From a virus (Duplodnaviria; Caudoviricetes), in the IMG/VR virus record IMGVR_UViG_3300024296_000003, positions 1-54,639 of that record: a stretch of 54,639 bases of DNA; one strand, written 5' to 3'. The stretch's first letter is position 1, and each line of letters starts with the position of its first letter. Below, piece by piece: positions 21,632 to 30,918 of the stretch. The translations under genes and the position numbers were made by a program. The notes beneath the pieces are model-generated. The model was not told the origin of the DNA and did not search any database. It saw only the letters and a program-made list of their open reading frames with translations.

Positions 21632-22549
21632 TTAGTCAGTAGTATTCTTCGTACTTAATGCAGGATTTCCTGGTGCCATTGGCGGACTAGTTGGTGCTCC
21701 ATGATTTCCAATATGAGTATGGTTATTATAAAGATCATTGATAAACTGAGTACCTTTAAGTACAGCATCAGTACCAGTCTCTCCTAAAATAATCTTAGGA
21801 GAATTTACATGAGTTTTACCAGTAGCACTTATAACAGCATCAACACAATTAATAAGACAATTAGTATCTGCATTAATTACAGTATCAGCTCCACTATTAA
21901 TTGTAAACTGAGCAGAATGAGTAAATGTTATATTACCATCATTAAGCATTACCATAGAATCTCCATTGGCATTAATAATATGAACCGAATTATCAGGCTT
22001 TACATTAATAGTTGTTGGACCTTCAGTTGTAGTATAATCCATCATTAATCCCTTTTCCTCTGTAAAGAAAACTTTAATGTGTTCGCCTTCTCTTTCATTT
22101 GTTACTTCAGGGTTACCTGATTGTAAGTCACCTGTTAAACCAAAAGCTGTATCATATATTAATACATGTGAGTTAGGATAAGCAGCCTCTATCTCCGCCT
22201 TCGTCTCATCAGAAGGGTATAGGGACTCATGGTACACAGGAGAATAATAATTACCGTTATCAAAAGTTACTCTTAATACAGTGCCGAGTTTAGGTACTGA
22301 AAATGTACCACTCCCAGTGTTACTTCCACCTGAAGAAGCAACCGACGGTCTTGCCCAAGGTAAAGATTCAGTTGGCATTAAGTATGCGCTTTGTGGATCT
22401 TCAGGATCTTCTCTTTGATCCATTTTTCCAAAAACTCTAATTCTACATCTCCCTTCAAAAATATCATCTTCAGTATCTTCAACAATACCTATCCATTGAG
22501 TACCTTTTAGATTATCATCCTTTAAGTCTTTTGTCGTTAACTTTCCCAT
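21632..22549 (-). CDS. Baseplate central spike (gp5/gpV-like OB-fold + beta-helix with HxH apex, no lysozyme domain)
   Basis: WIGIVEDTEDDIFEGRCRIRVFG...LPWARP...FSVPKLGTVLRVTFDNGNYYSPVY; C-terminal NNHTHIGNHGAPTSPP. Confidence 0.8.
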   Translation of the reverse strand: MGKLTTKDLKDDNLKGTQWIGIVEDTEDDIFEGRCRIRVFGKMDQREDPEDPQSAYLMPTESLPWARPSVASSGGSNTGSGTFSVPKLGTVLRVTFDNGNYYSPVYHESLYPSDETKAEIEAAYPNSHVLIYDTAFGLTGDLQSGNPEVTNEREGEHIKVFFTEEKGLMMDYTTTEGPTTINVKPDNSVHIINANGDSMVMLNDGNITFTHSAQFTINSGADTVINADTNCLINCVDAVISATGKTHVNSPKIILGETGTDAVLKGTQFINDLYNNHTHIGNHGAPTSPPMAPGNPALSTKNTTD

Positions 22550-22552
22550 TTA

Positions 22553-23971
22553 TTAATCTTCTAATATATTACTACTTTCTATACTTTGTGTACTACCTCC
22601 TGGTGGAATATCTCCTTCAAATATATTACTAGGTTCTAATGGTGCTGGTCCAGATGGGGCAGTACCAAATATATTAGTTTGGGTTATTGGTGGTCTATCA
22701 CCACCTTCTGGCATAATGTTAGTAGATTCCAGTGTCTGGGTACTTCCGCCTGGTGGCAATTCACCTTCATAAACATTAGAATCAATATTATCTTGGAATC
22801 CTGGGGTTGTAGCTTCTTGCGCAGCAGCTCCCTGTAAGGTACCTAATAAACCTTGTGGATTATTAATTACATTTAAAGCATTATTTATAAAACCATAAAC
22901 ATTACCTAGCTTTAATCCTTGTACAAAACTTAGTGCCTTTCTCTGTACAAAATTTTCAAGACCTGCTACTTGTTTATCTAATAATTTTTTACCGGCTGCT
23001 TTTGCTAAATCACCAAATGTTTTTGGTTGTTTAGGCGCTGAATCTATTAAAGCCGAATCGTAACCTGCAAACTGTGATTGTATTTCAACTGCACCATAAC
23101 TCCATTTCATGGATGAGGTAGCAAAATTACCAGGTTCACCTTGTATGTTTGTAACATTTGCAAATACCTGACCACTTGCAGTAACATCCCATAAACATTC
23201 ATCAAATCTTAATGTTATCTTTGATGCATTGTCATTTACAAATTTACTAAGCTCTGGATCAGGTGATAAAGGATTTAATGCATTTATAAAATTTCTAACA
23301 GATTTAAATTTCCTAATTTCTACAACATCAACATAACACGTAAAATACATAAGGTTAATAGGTAAAAGTGTTCTTCTATATTTTACATCATAACATGCAG
23401 ATTTATACAAATTAAATAATGCAGACATTTTTAAATCAATTGCCTCTAATAAACCAACAGTAATACCTTCACCTTCAGCAGAACCACCATAAGGAGTCAT
23501 TGTAACTGTTTTATTAAATGCTTCTTGTAAACCTTCTATAGTTTGAAAATAGTAAGGTCTTGTTGTTTGTATTTCTCTTAGCCCTTGTATAAATGCCTTT
23601 AAGTATGTTGCTCTAGTAACCTCACCTAACTTATTTAAATAACCTACAGCTGATTCTCCACCAGGATGAGAACCTTGTTCACCAGCATCACCCCCTTCAA
23701 ATGAAGTAGGATCCTGTCCTGCTGGTATTGCAGGATTACCTGTAGTAGCACCGTTAAAAAGTGGACTATGTATATCAAATCTAATATTAAAACCTAAATA
23801 AGTAGGGTCATCTAAACTAGTAACACCGTTTCCACCACCTGCTGCAGATGAAGGCGTCTGCACAAAGGTCTTTGCAAAATCATAACTGTTAGGAAATGAT
23901 TTATTAAAGTTAGCTGCTAGATCATTTAATCCTTCAGGTACTTTTTGATTTGCTAAATCTGTTATTGGCAT
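22553..23971 (-). CDS. Tail tube-fold/baseplate protein (tube initiator-like), 472 aa
   Basis: Position between hub and spike; PYYFQTIEGL...ITVGLLEAIDLKMSALFNLYK; C-terminal duplicated peptide EG(E/D)(L/I)PPGGSTQ(T/S)(L/I)ES(T/S)NI. Confidence 0.45.
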   Translation of the reverse strand: MPITDLANQKVPEGLNDLAANFNKSFPNSYDFAKTFVQTPSSAAGGGNGVTSLDDPTYLGFNIRFDIHSPLFNGATTGNPAIPAGQDPTSFEGGDAGEQGSHPGGESAVGYLNKLGEVTRATYLKAFIQGLREIQTTRPYYFQTIEGLQEAFNKTVTMTPYGGSAEGEGITVGLLEAIDLKMSALFNLYKSACYDVKYRRTLLPINLMYFTCYVDVVEIRKFKSVRNFINALNPLSPDPELSKFVNDNASKITLRFDECLWDVTASGQVFANVTNIQGEPGNFATSSMKWSYGAVEIQSQFAGYDSALIDSAPKQPKTFGDLAKAAGKKLLDKQVAGLENFVQRKALSFVQGLKLGNVYGFINNALNVINNPQGLLGTLQGAAAQEATTPGFQDNIDSNVYEGELPPGGSTQTLESTNIMPEGGDRPPITQTNIFGTAPSGPAPLEPSNIFEGDIPPGGSTQSIESSNILED

Positions 23972-23997
23972 CTATACTTTGTTTTTTTATTTATTCA

Positions 23998-25494
23998 TTA
24001 TGTAGACGGAGTCACTTCTCTTCTACGTAAATGTAATCTCTGCCTTAATCCTTGTCCGCCAGGCTGTGGTCCTTTTGTCATAAAATATTCAATCCCAGTT
24101 ATAACATAAAATCCAGATAGGTATTCATTAACAACTCCATATTCATTATCAACATCACTACCTAAATTGTCAGGTGTATCCGTTCTTCTCTGAGAATCAC
24201 TAGGTGCCTCTTCATCATTTTCTGGAGCAGTTAAAGTACCTTTTACCATTTGTGCAGTTTCCATCATATGACAATAAATTCTACTATACCTCATTATAGC
24301 AGGATTGACTGTATCTAATTCAACCGTCATTCCTAATTTATTAATCTCTGCAAGGTTTTGGAAATTCTGTATGGAAGCATAATAATAATTTTCATGTACA
24401 TTATCACCTTGTGTACCTAAAAATTTAAATTTAACTTGATCTGTTCTAGGACCTTCTACTTCTCCATTAATAGTTCTACCTTTTGTAACAGGTATCATAC
24501 CTGGAGTATCATTAGTTAAAGGATCAACAAATTCACTTACGAATTCTTTTGCATTAAGATCCCAATATTGAGTATACCTTTTATAGCCGTTATTCTTACT
24601 GATTTTTCCACTGTTGTTAACTTGTTGGTATTTAGATATGTATCTTGCAGTACCTTGTAAATCTAATTGGTTACTTAGCATATTAGGAAACGTAGTTTCA
24701 CTATCCGCTTCATCACCACTTCCCATAGTGTCCATTGCATTTTGTTGAAACATTTGGCTAGTTTCTAAATCATCTTCTTGTCCGAAGAATTTATTAGCAT
24801 CAACAAATGTTAAATAATAGTAAGGATCAATATATGCAGTAAAAAAGGAATCATCATTTAAATATGAATTTGATGTTATATCTTCTATAAATTTTTGAGC
24901 TGTGTCATATGGGTTTGTCCATATTTGTTGATCTGTAGTATCTTCAACATTAGATGCATATCCTAATTTTAATTCCTCTGCAATTGATTGTAATGAATTC
25001 CAACTTGTATTATCTTGGAATTGTACCTTTTCGGTAAATAGGTTTGGTACATGCATTCTGCCTTCAACCATTAATTGTGACGATGTATCCGTGGCTCCAC
25101 CTCCACCTAACGGTTCAATTTTTTCTACTGTAAAATCTATTCTTATTGGTTTAAATGTAGTTTCATTACCTTGTGACCTAATATAAGTTTGAATAATATC
25201 ACCATCTTTTGGAAAAAATCTAGCAGTAAACATCCCATCCCTATCAAAGAAACTAAATCTACAAGTAGGATAAAACCCAGTACAATCTAATTCAAACATT
25301 TCTAATCTATCGCCCTGTACTTCATATGAATTAATTCTAATAAGAGGTATCATTGTAGAAAACTTACTAGGTTTTTCTTTTATGGTATTATTATCTGAAT
25401 TTTCTGTTCCGCTTTCTACATCAGTGATTTCTAATTCATCAAGCTCTATCGTCGGTTCAATAACCGTAAGTATATTTCTTTCTACTGCTGACAT
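23998..25494 (-). CDS. Baseplate hub protein, gp27/gp44-like, 498 aa
   Basis: Between gp53-like gene and spike; C-terminal YLSGFYVITGIEY...LRQRLHLRRRE resembles hub proteins. Confidence 0.6.
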   Translation of the reverse strand: MSAVERNILTVIEPTIELDELEITDVESGTENSDNNTIKEKPSKFSTMIPLIRINSYEVQGDRLEMFELDCTGFYPTCRFSFFDRDGMFTARFFPKDGDIIQTYIRSQGNETTFKPIRIDFTVEKIEPLGGGGATDTSSQLMVEGRMHVPNLFTEKVQFQDNTSWNSLQSIAEELKLGYASNVEDTTDQQIWTNPYDTAQKFIEDITSNSYLNDDSFFTAYIDPYYYLTFVDANKFFGQEDDLETSQMFQQNAMDTMGSGDEADSETTFPNMLSNQLDLQGTARYISKYQQVNNSGKISKNNGYKRYTQYWDLNAKEFVSEFVDPLTNDTPGMIPVTKGRTINGEVEGPRTDQVKFKFLGTQGDNVHENYYYASIQNFQNLAEINKLGMTVELDTVNPAIMRYSRIYCHMMETAQMVKGTLTAPENDEEAPSDSQRRTDTPDNLGSDVDNEYGVVNEYLSGFYVITGIEYFMTKGPQPGGQGLRQRLHLRRREVTPST

Positions 25495-25498
25495 ATTA

Positions 25499-26038
25499 TT
25501 AATTAGCTTTAGTGTTTCTACTTGGTAAGTTAGTTCCTAATTGAATCTTACCTCCACTGAACGTTTTGGATTCTTGTCCAGGTTGTAGCATATTAGGAGG
25601 CATTGGTTGTTTTACCCCAGCTTCGCTTTTCTTTGCCTTTTCAATTAATCTCTGTATTCTTGCCTGATCCTTTTCACTCTGTCTACCCGTATCCACATAC
25701 GCTTCTTGTACATCATTAGGTCTTGTCGCAGGATTAGGTCTCTTATAAACTAAATCTTTTCTACTTAAATTAGGTATAACTAAAACATCACCTTCATTAA
25801 CACTAAAAGGATTAAAAATATTATTGACTACACAAATGGCATCTATGAATTCAGCACTACCAAAATAGGTATTTGAAATTTTATCTATTCTACCTACTTC
25901 ATCTTGCATTACATAATGCAATGCCTTTACACCTAAATCAGAATCATAAATAAATGACGGTGCAGTAAGATCCCAATACCCCTCACCTGTTTCATCTATT
26001 ATTAATTTATTTTTTAATGTTAATGATTTTACATCCAT
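25499..26038 (-). CDS. Baseplate wedge protein, gp53/LysM-like
   Basis: RIDKISNTYFGSAEFIDAICVVNNIFNPFSVNEGDVLVIP. Confidence 0.75.
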   Translation of the reverse strand: MDVKSLTLKNKLIIDETGEGYWDLTAPSFIYDSDLGVKALHYVMQDEVGRIDKISNTYFGSAEFIDAICVVNNIFNPFSVNEGDVLVIPNLSRKDLVYKRPNPATRPNDVQEAYVDTGRQSEKDQARIQRLIEKAKKSEAGVKQPMPPNMLQPGQESKTFSGGKIQLGTNLPSRNTKAN

Positions 26039-26052
26039 GTTTTATTATTATA

Positions 26053-27837
26053 TTAAGAATCAATAAACATACTAACAGTGTTAGAAATATATTCGGCCGA
26101 ATCGCCAGTAGCTTGTTTATTTGGATTATTTTTAATGTTACTTATCTTATTACTTTTAACAGAACCTGCAGGGGCGCTTTGTGTAGATTGTGTGTTTGTT
26201 TTTCCTGCCTTAACTGACCCATAGGTTGCAACATCAACACCTGCTAAATTTAAAATATCTTCCTCACCGGCAGCAGAAGCATAAATTCTACCACGACCTG
26301 CATTAAACATATTTTCTATGTCACCTTTATCTCTAGGCTTACCGTGTTTAAGATCTATTTCAAATTTAACTTCCATAGGAAAATCATCATACCCTAAACC
26401 ATGTCCTAATGTCATTGTTGAATTATCACAATACATATTACCCATTGTAACAATTGGGTTAAGTGGATTACCTACGGTTACATGCCAGTCACCAGTAGGT
26501 TCAGCACTTATTAAAGCTTTAGATGCTTGTGTACCTGAAACAGCACCAACATTATCACTTAAAAATCCTCCTAGCATATTACCTAACATTGTTTTACCAA
26601 CTTTAAGTAATCCTTCTATACCATTTTCTAAATTAAATTCACCAGTACCTCCACCGAATACATTCTTAAATCCTGTTTCAACATCTGTAACAACACTTCC
26701 AATATATCCACTAAAGTCACCTTGTTTTAATTTATTAATATCTCCAAATTGACTAGCCACTGCTCCAGCACTACCATAATATCTTTGACCACCTCCGAAG
26801 AACTGTCCATTATTATAAGTCATAGTTAACATATTACTAATAATGTCAATCATTGCAATTTTAGGATTAACATAATTGAGAGATTTAAGTTCATATTCAA
26901 AATTAAGTTTTAAGTCATTTGAAAATTTCATACCACGATCTCTAATCTGTGTAGAATCAATAACATTAACAGGTCCTATTACAAAGTTAGCATAAGTAGT
27001 ACCTAGCTTATCACCAGTAGACATGTTTTGTGCTGCAAACTTTTGTCTTGAACTGATACCTTTAAATGCATCAGCAGTTGCTCTACCAACACCACCCATC
27101 TTAGAGTAAAACGGTTGAGATGTATATCCACCGTCACCGCTACTGATATCTTCCATTTCAGATTTAACTTCCTTATAGTTTAACCCATATGACATTGTTA
27201 AAATATCATCTAATTTATTACCTGCCTGTTCACCCATATATGTAACAGCAGTAACACCTGCAGTTTGAGTAGCATCTACATTACTAGCAGCCCTAGGTGT
27301 TTTAGGATCTTTTCCTGCAACATCCAACTTTAAATCAAAAATATTATCATTTACAGGTGTTGGAAATCTTCTTAATGTGATTAAGTGATTAACCGGAATT
27401 TTTTTATAATATTTGCAATATAAAAAGTCTTGTGCTGTATAAGATATCCTAGGGTAGTTTTCATTAAAGTATTCCATTAATTTAGCTATGGATAAATTTC
27501 TTGCAGCCTCACCTCCCATAATTGGATTATTAGGTTGATCAAAAAATCCATTAAATACTTCTCCTCCAGTTAATCCACCATACATACCTCTAAAATTAAA
27601 CAGAGCATAACGATTAAAAATAGATCTAGGAACAATCTGATTCATTCCTACCGCAACTGCAAATTCATCAGGTGCTGCACCGTTAGCATAAAAGCTTTTA
27701 GCAAATAAAGTTTCTACTCCATGAGCAAACCCAAATGATTCTCCACCAAATACACCAAGTCTTTGGTCTGTTTCTTTACTAGGGTTAGTTGGAAATAGTG
27801 CATCGTTAAGCTTTCCTATCTTATCAGAGAATGACAT
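26053..27837 (-). CDS. Baseplate/tail tube initiator-like structural protein, 594 aa
   Basis: First gene of baseplate run after late-type motif; WHVTVGNPLNPIVTMGNMYC...DDFPMEVKFEIDLKHGKPRD. Confidence 0.45.
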   Translation of the reverse strand: MSFSDKIGKLNDALFPTNPSKETDQRLGVFGGESFGFAHGVETLFAKSFYANGAAPDEFAVAVGMNQIVPRSIFNRYALFNFRGMYGGLTGGEVFNGFFDQPNNPIMGGEAARNLSIAKLMEYFNENYPRISYTAQDFLYCKYYKKIPVNHLITLRRFPTPVNDNIFDLKLDVAGKDPKTPRAASNVDATQTAGVTAVTYMGEQAGNKLDDILTMSYGLNYKEVKSEMEDISSGDGGYTSQPFYSKMGGVGRATADAFKGISSRQKFAAQNMSTGDKLGTTYANFVIGPVNVIDSTQIRDRGMKFSNDLKLNFEYELKSLNYVNPKIAMIDIISNMLTMTYNNGQFFGGGQRYYGSAGAVASQFGDINKLKQGDFSGYIGSVVTDVETGFKNVFGGGTGEFNLENGIEGLLKVGKTMLGNMLGGFLSDNVGAVSGTQASKALISAEPTGDWHVTVGNPLNPIVTMGNMYCDNSTMTLGHGLGYDDFPMEVKFEIDLKHGKPRDKGDIENMFNAGRGRIYASAAGEEDILNLAGVDVATYGSVKAGKTNTQSTQSAPAGSVKSNKISNIKNNPNKQATGDSAEYISNTVSMFIDS

Positions 27838-27863
27838 ATATTGAGTCTATTTTTTGTATATAT

Positions 27864-28427
27864 TCAGCTTAAGCTGTTGAGATACTTATCTATACTGATA
27901 TCTCCTTTCTGAAATTTATCATTCCAACCTTTTTTAAACCTTACATTAAACTCTTGTGTACTGTCGGTTGAAAGAGAACCTTTAAAAAATGGTCTTGATG
28001 AGATATCTCTTATTTCTTTTAAGTTTTTTGATATTATATAAAATTGAACCTTTTCAAATAAATCTTGTAAATCATTTTTTGTTTTTTTACACATGACAGA
28101 TTCTACTATTACATAAAATCTTTCTCTATCACTTTCATCAAATCTTTCCTCTAAAGTTTTTACATTTTTAAAGTCTTCCTTTTTTAGTGGCATTTTTCTA
28201 GCCCTGTTGTTGAATTCATATTTAAAATTCATATCAAAAAAATGAGACTTAAGATATTTCATATTATCATACATTTTAATAATACGAATCTTATATAGAG
28301 GATTAATAGGATCCCATTGTGTATCTACAATAAGACCTTTTATAGGCAGCAGAACATTAGGTTTGCTAAATGAAGATAACAAACAATAAACAGTTTGCCC
28401 TTTAGTAAATATTCTATGTGCTTTCAT
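27864..28427 (-). CDS. Hypothetical protein, 187 aa (possible SH3-like N-terminus)
   Basis: ORF track; FTKGQTVYCLL start. Confidence 0.5.
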   Translation of the reverse strand: MKAHRIFTKGQTVYCLLSSFSKPNVLLPIKGLIVDTQWDPINPLYKIRIIKMYDNMKYLKSHFFDMNFKYEFNNRARKMPLKKEDFKNVKTLEERFDESDRERFYVIVESVMCKKTKNDLQDLFEKVQFYIISKNLKEIRDISSRPFFKGSLSTDSTQEFNVRFKKGWNDKFQKGDISIDKYLNSLS

Positions 28428-28813
28428 TCAAACTCAACGACATTTTTAAACAGTTTAGCGCTACCGTTTACATTAATGTCAGGTGAATGATAAATGTTAT
28501 ATTCAATTTCTTTATTAGTTAAAGATTCCACGTATGATTTTATTCCTTTAACAGTAGGCTCTGATAAATTTCCTAAAACATAAAATATTGATGTTGTAGT
28601 ATTTCTATCCAAAACAGTTTGTAATTGCTTCATAAGATAAGAAGAAACAACTGCATCTGAAGGTTCTGATTGATAAAAATCATTTTTAGTTAACTTATTA
28701 AAAATATCCATGTAATTGATACATTCAATATTTCTAGGTACATTTCCTAAGAATGTTTTTACCTTTACGGCATCTTTAGAGTATATAAAATTAAATTCTA
28801 TGTTTGTTTCCAT
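28424..28813 (-). CDS. Hypothetical protein, 129 aa
   Basis: ORF track; ATGA overlap with next gene. Confidence 0.55.
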   Translation of the reverse strand: METNIEFNFIYSKDAVKVKTFLGNVPRNIECINYMDIFNKLTKNDFYQSEPSDAVVSSYLMKQLQTVLDRNTTTSIFYVLGNLSEPTVKGIKSYVESLTNKEIEYNIYHSPDINVNGSAKLFKNVVEFE

Positions 28814-28847
28814 TCAGTTAATAAATCGATCTCGGCTTGGAGTTCTT

Positions 28848-29126
28848 TTATTTACTTTCAATTTCCTTTGTATTAGGTTCATAATGAGTACCCCATTCTG
28901 TCTTAATTCGTAGAACATCTTTTTCAAATTTGTTTCCACATTCTAAACCTAAGTCATCACAGAGTTCCCAGAAGAATCTCATTATGTATTCATATTTATT
29001 TCTATGATCTTCATTTGATTCAAATACATCGGTTGAAGTCCATTGTTCTTTCCCACCTCCATGATTGTCATCAATTACTCTTTTGATGACACCATTTCTT
29101 GCAGGCTCTAAAACAATTTTAATCAT
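28848..29126 (-). CDS. Hypothetical protein, 92 aa (possibly frameshift-truncated)
   Basis: ORF track; -1 frame continues IKELQAEIDLLTEWKQT to stop at 28798. Confidence 0.5.
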   Translation of the reverse strand: MIKIVLEPARNGVIKRVIDDNHGGGKEQWTSTDVFESNEDHRNKYEYIMRFFWELCDDLGLECGNKFEKDVLRIKTEWGTHYEPNTKEIESK

Positions 29127-29493
29127 TAATTCTTTTATTTAAAGATTCTCTAGCTTCTTTCATAAGCTTCCTAGCAACCTTTTTATCAGTATGCCAAGTT
29201 TTCTTATCTCTAATAGCTAAGATAGCATTAGCTTCTCTTAACATTTCAATTTCTTTATCATTATAACCAGTTTCTTTCCAGGCTACTATTTTTCTTTCTT
29301 CAATAGATTCTAACTGCTCTGCAATTCTTTTTTCTACTGCATCAGTATTAGCTGCATGTAATTCTTTACCTCTCTCAAGATTTTCTCTGGTTACTTCCAT
29401 CCATTTTTGGAATGGGAGTTTACTCTTAGCTTTAAGCATACCTTGATACTTCATTGCTAATCTTCTTTGTCTTCTATTTGGTGCCTGTGTCAT
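29119..29493 (-). CDS. Hypothetical basic helical protein, 124 aa
   Basis: ORF track; NRRQRR N-terminal motif. Confidence 0.55.
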   Translation of the reverse strand: MTQAPNRRQRRLAMKYQGMLKAKSKLPFQKWMEVTRENLERGKELHAANTDAVEKRIAEQLESIEERKIVAWKETGYNDKEIEMLREANAILAIRDKKTWHTDKKVARKLMKEARESLNKRIND

Positions 29494-29535
29494 ATGATTA
29501 ATTTTATTATATATTATAGTAGTTTATCTAGGTGC

Positions 29536-30357
29536 TTAGACAAAATCTTCTGCCCACCGTTCTCCGAAAATATCTCTTTGTGAGTCTACTCGGTATTCTT
29601 CCCACCCATACTTTGGCCATTCAAGGTCTAAAAATTTAGAAGGTACAGGCTTAAAAATTTTATGAGAAATTTCATTACTTATTTTCATGGCCCAATCTCT
29701 TTTAATTGAACCGTCATGTAAATATACTTTAGGATATTTTAAAAAGTGTTTTAGTTTTTTATTAAAGTTAGAACAATAATGTGTTCCTATATATGATTCT
29801 GTTCTTATATGTTTATCATAATGCCAAGACTCATATTCTTTAGCTATACCATAAACCTTTGTAAAGTTAGGGGTTTCATAAGGTATATTAAATAAATCTA
29901 ATAAGTCTTCTATATGCCCAAAGAATATATGATCTCTAGGATGAAATGGGAAAGGTGAAAACAAGCCACCTGTTATAATGCTGTTTTTAGGCTTTGATGA
30001 ATCTTCATAAAAGGTTAATTCTCTTTCTTTATTTTCAATAAAAAACTTATACATATTTTCCATACATATAAGTGAATATTTTTGATCTGACCTTATCTTT
30101 ATTGCATAATTAGTAGTAACCGCCTTTAGGCCATTATATGAAGTTGCTATTTGTAAATTTCTATTACCTGTACCAGGGTCTTCTGGTATAGGGCATGTAA
30201 CATGAATAACTTTATTAAGTTTAGGTATTTCACCATTTTCAAAATCAGAAATTATAATCTTATTAATGAAAGGTAATTTTGAGTAATGATCAATTAAGCC
30301 ACTAACATAAGAATCATATTTACCTTGTATTACAAGATCCAACTTTTCATTAATCAT
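29536..30357 (-). CDS. wavE: WavE-like lipopolysaccharide synthesis family protein
   Basis: LVIQG; NRNLQIATSYNGLKAVTTNYAIKIRSDQ; PFHPRDHIFFGHIEDLLDLF. Confidence 0.7.
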   Translation of the reverse strand: MINEKLDLVIQGKYDSYVSGLIDHYSKLPFINKIIISDFENGEIPKLNKVIHVTCPIPEDPGTGNRNLQIATSYNGLKAVTTNYAIKIRSDQKYSLICMENMYKFFIENKERELTFYEDSSKPKNSIITGGLFSPFPFHPRDHIFFGHIEDLLDLFNIPYETPNFTKVYGIAKEYESWHYDKHIRTESYIGTHYCSNFNKKLKHFLKYPKVYLHDGSIKRDWAMKISNEISHKIFKPVPSKFLDLEWPKYGWEEYRVDSQRDIFGERWAEDFV

Positions 30358-30368
30358 ACTGTTACTTA

Positions 30369-30869
30369 TTAATCGTTTTTATATCTTGAAGATATTAACT
30401 CTTTAATGCTATCAAAAAGACTGTCATAAATTAAGTCATCATTTATTTGATCTTTTATAAATGATTCTAATTCATCATTAACTTCATCTAAATCAAATGA
30501 AGAACTAATAATTTCATATATAGCTTTTTTAGGAAGTTCTATCGGAAATGTAAGATTAAGTTTTATTTTATCATTCTTTTTCTGCTTGTCAAATAGAGTT
30601 CTTATTGGAGATGTGGTGACTTCCTGTGTAGGTATCTTTTCCTTATAAACCTCGGCTGCCTTTTTTAAGGCAAGTGTAGGTGGTGAGGCATTATCAAAAT
30701 TTAACGGCTCTCCATCAATAGGTTGTAAAAACTCGCTTATTAAATTTGTTGCTATTCTACCCCCTCCTTCAAAGGTAGTCCATTCACCATCAATTCCATT
30801 TAAAGTTTCTACTACACCTATCTTATCACCTTTAATCCACTGAAGTCTTTCGTTTTCTGTATTTTCCAT
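30369..30869 (-). CDS. Hypothetical protein, 166 aa
   Basis: ORF track; preceded by TTAAAC-N17-TATAAT motif. Confidence 0.55.
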   Translation of the reverse strand: MENTENERLQWIKGDKIGVVETLNGIDGEWTTFEGGGRIATNLISEFLQPIDGEPLNFDNASPPTLALKKAAEVYKEKIPTQEVTTSPIRTLFDKQKKNDKIKLNLTFPIELPKKAIYEIISSSFDLDEVNDELESFIKDQINDDLIYDSLFDSIKELISSRYKND

Positions 30870-30918
30870 ACTATTATCCCTTTATAGTTATTATACTTAG
30901 AAAATTAAAATTGTTTAA

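Noticed and set aside
22560-22775. Duplicated peptide EGxxPPGGSTQxxESxNI at the C-terminus of the 472-aa protein
   Set aside because: An ordinary degenerate intragenic duplication; no reverse transcriptase or adenine-specific variation to suggest a diversity-generating retroelement.
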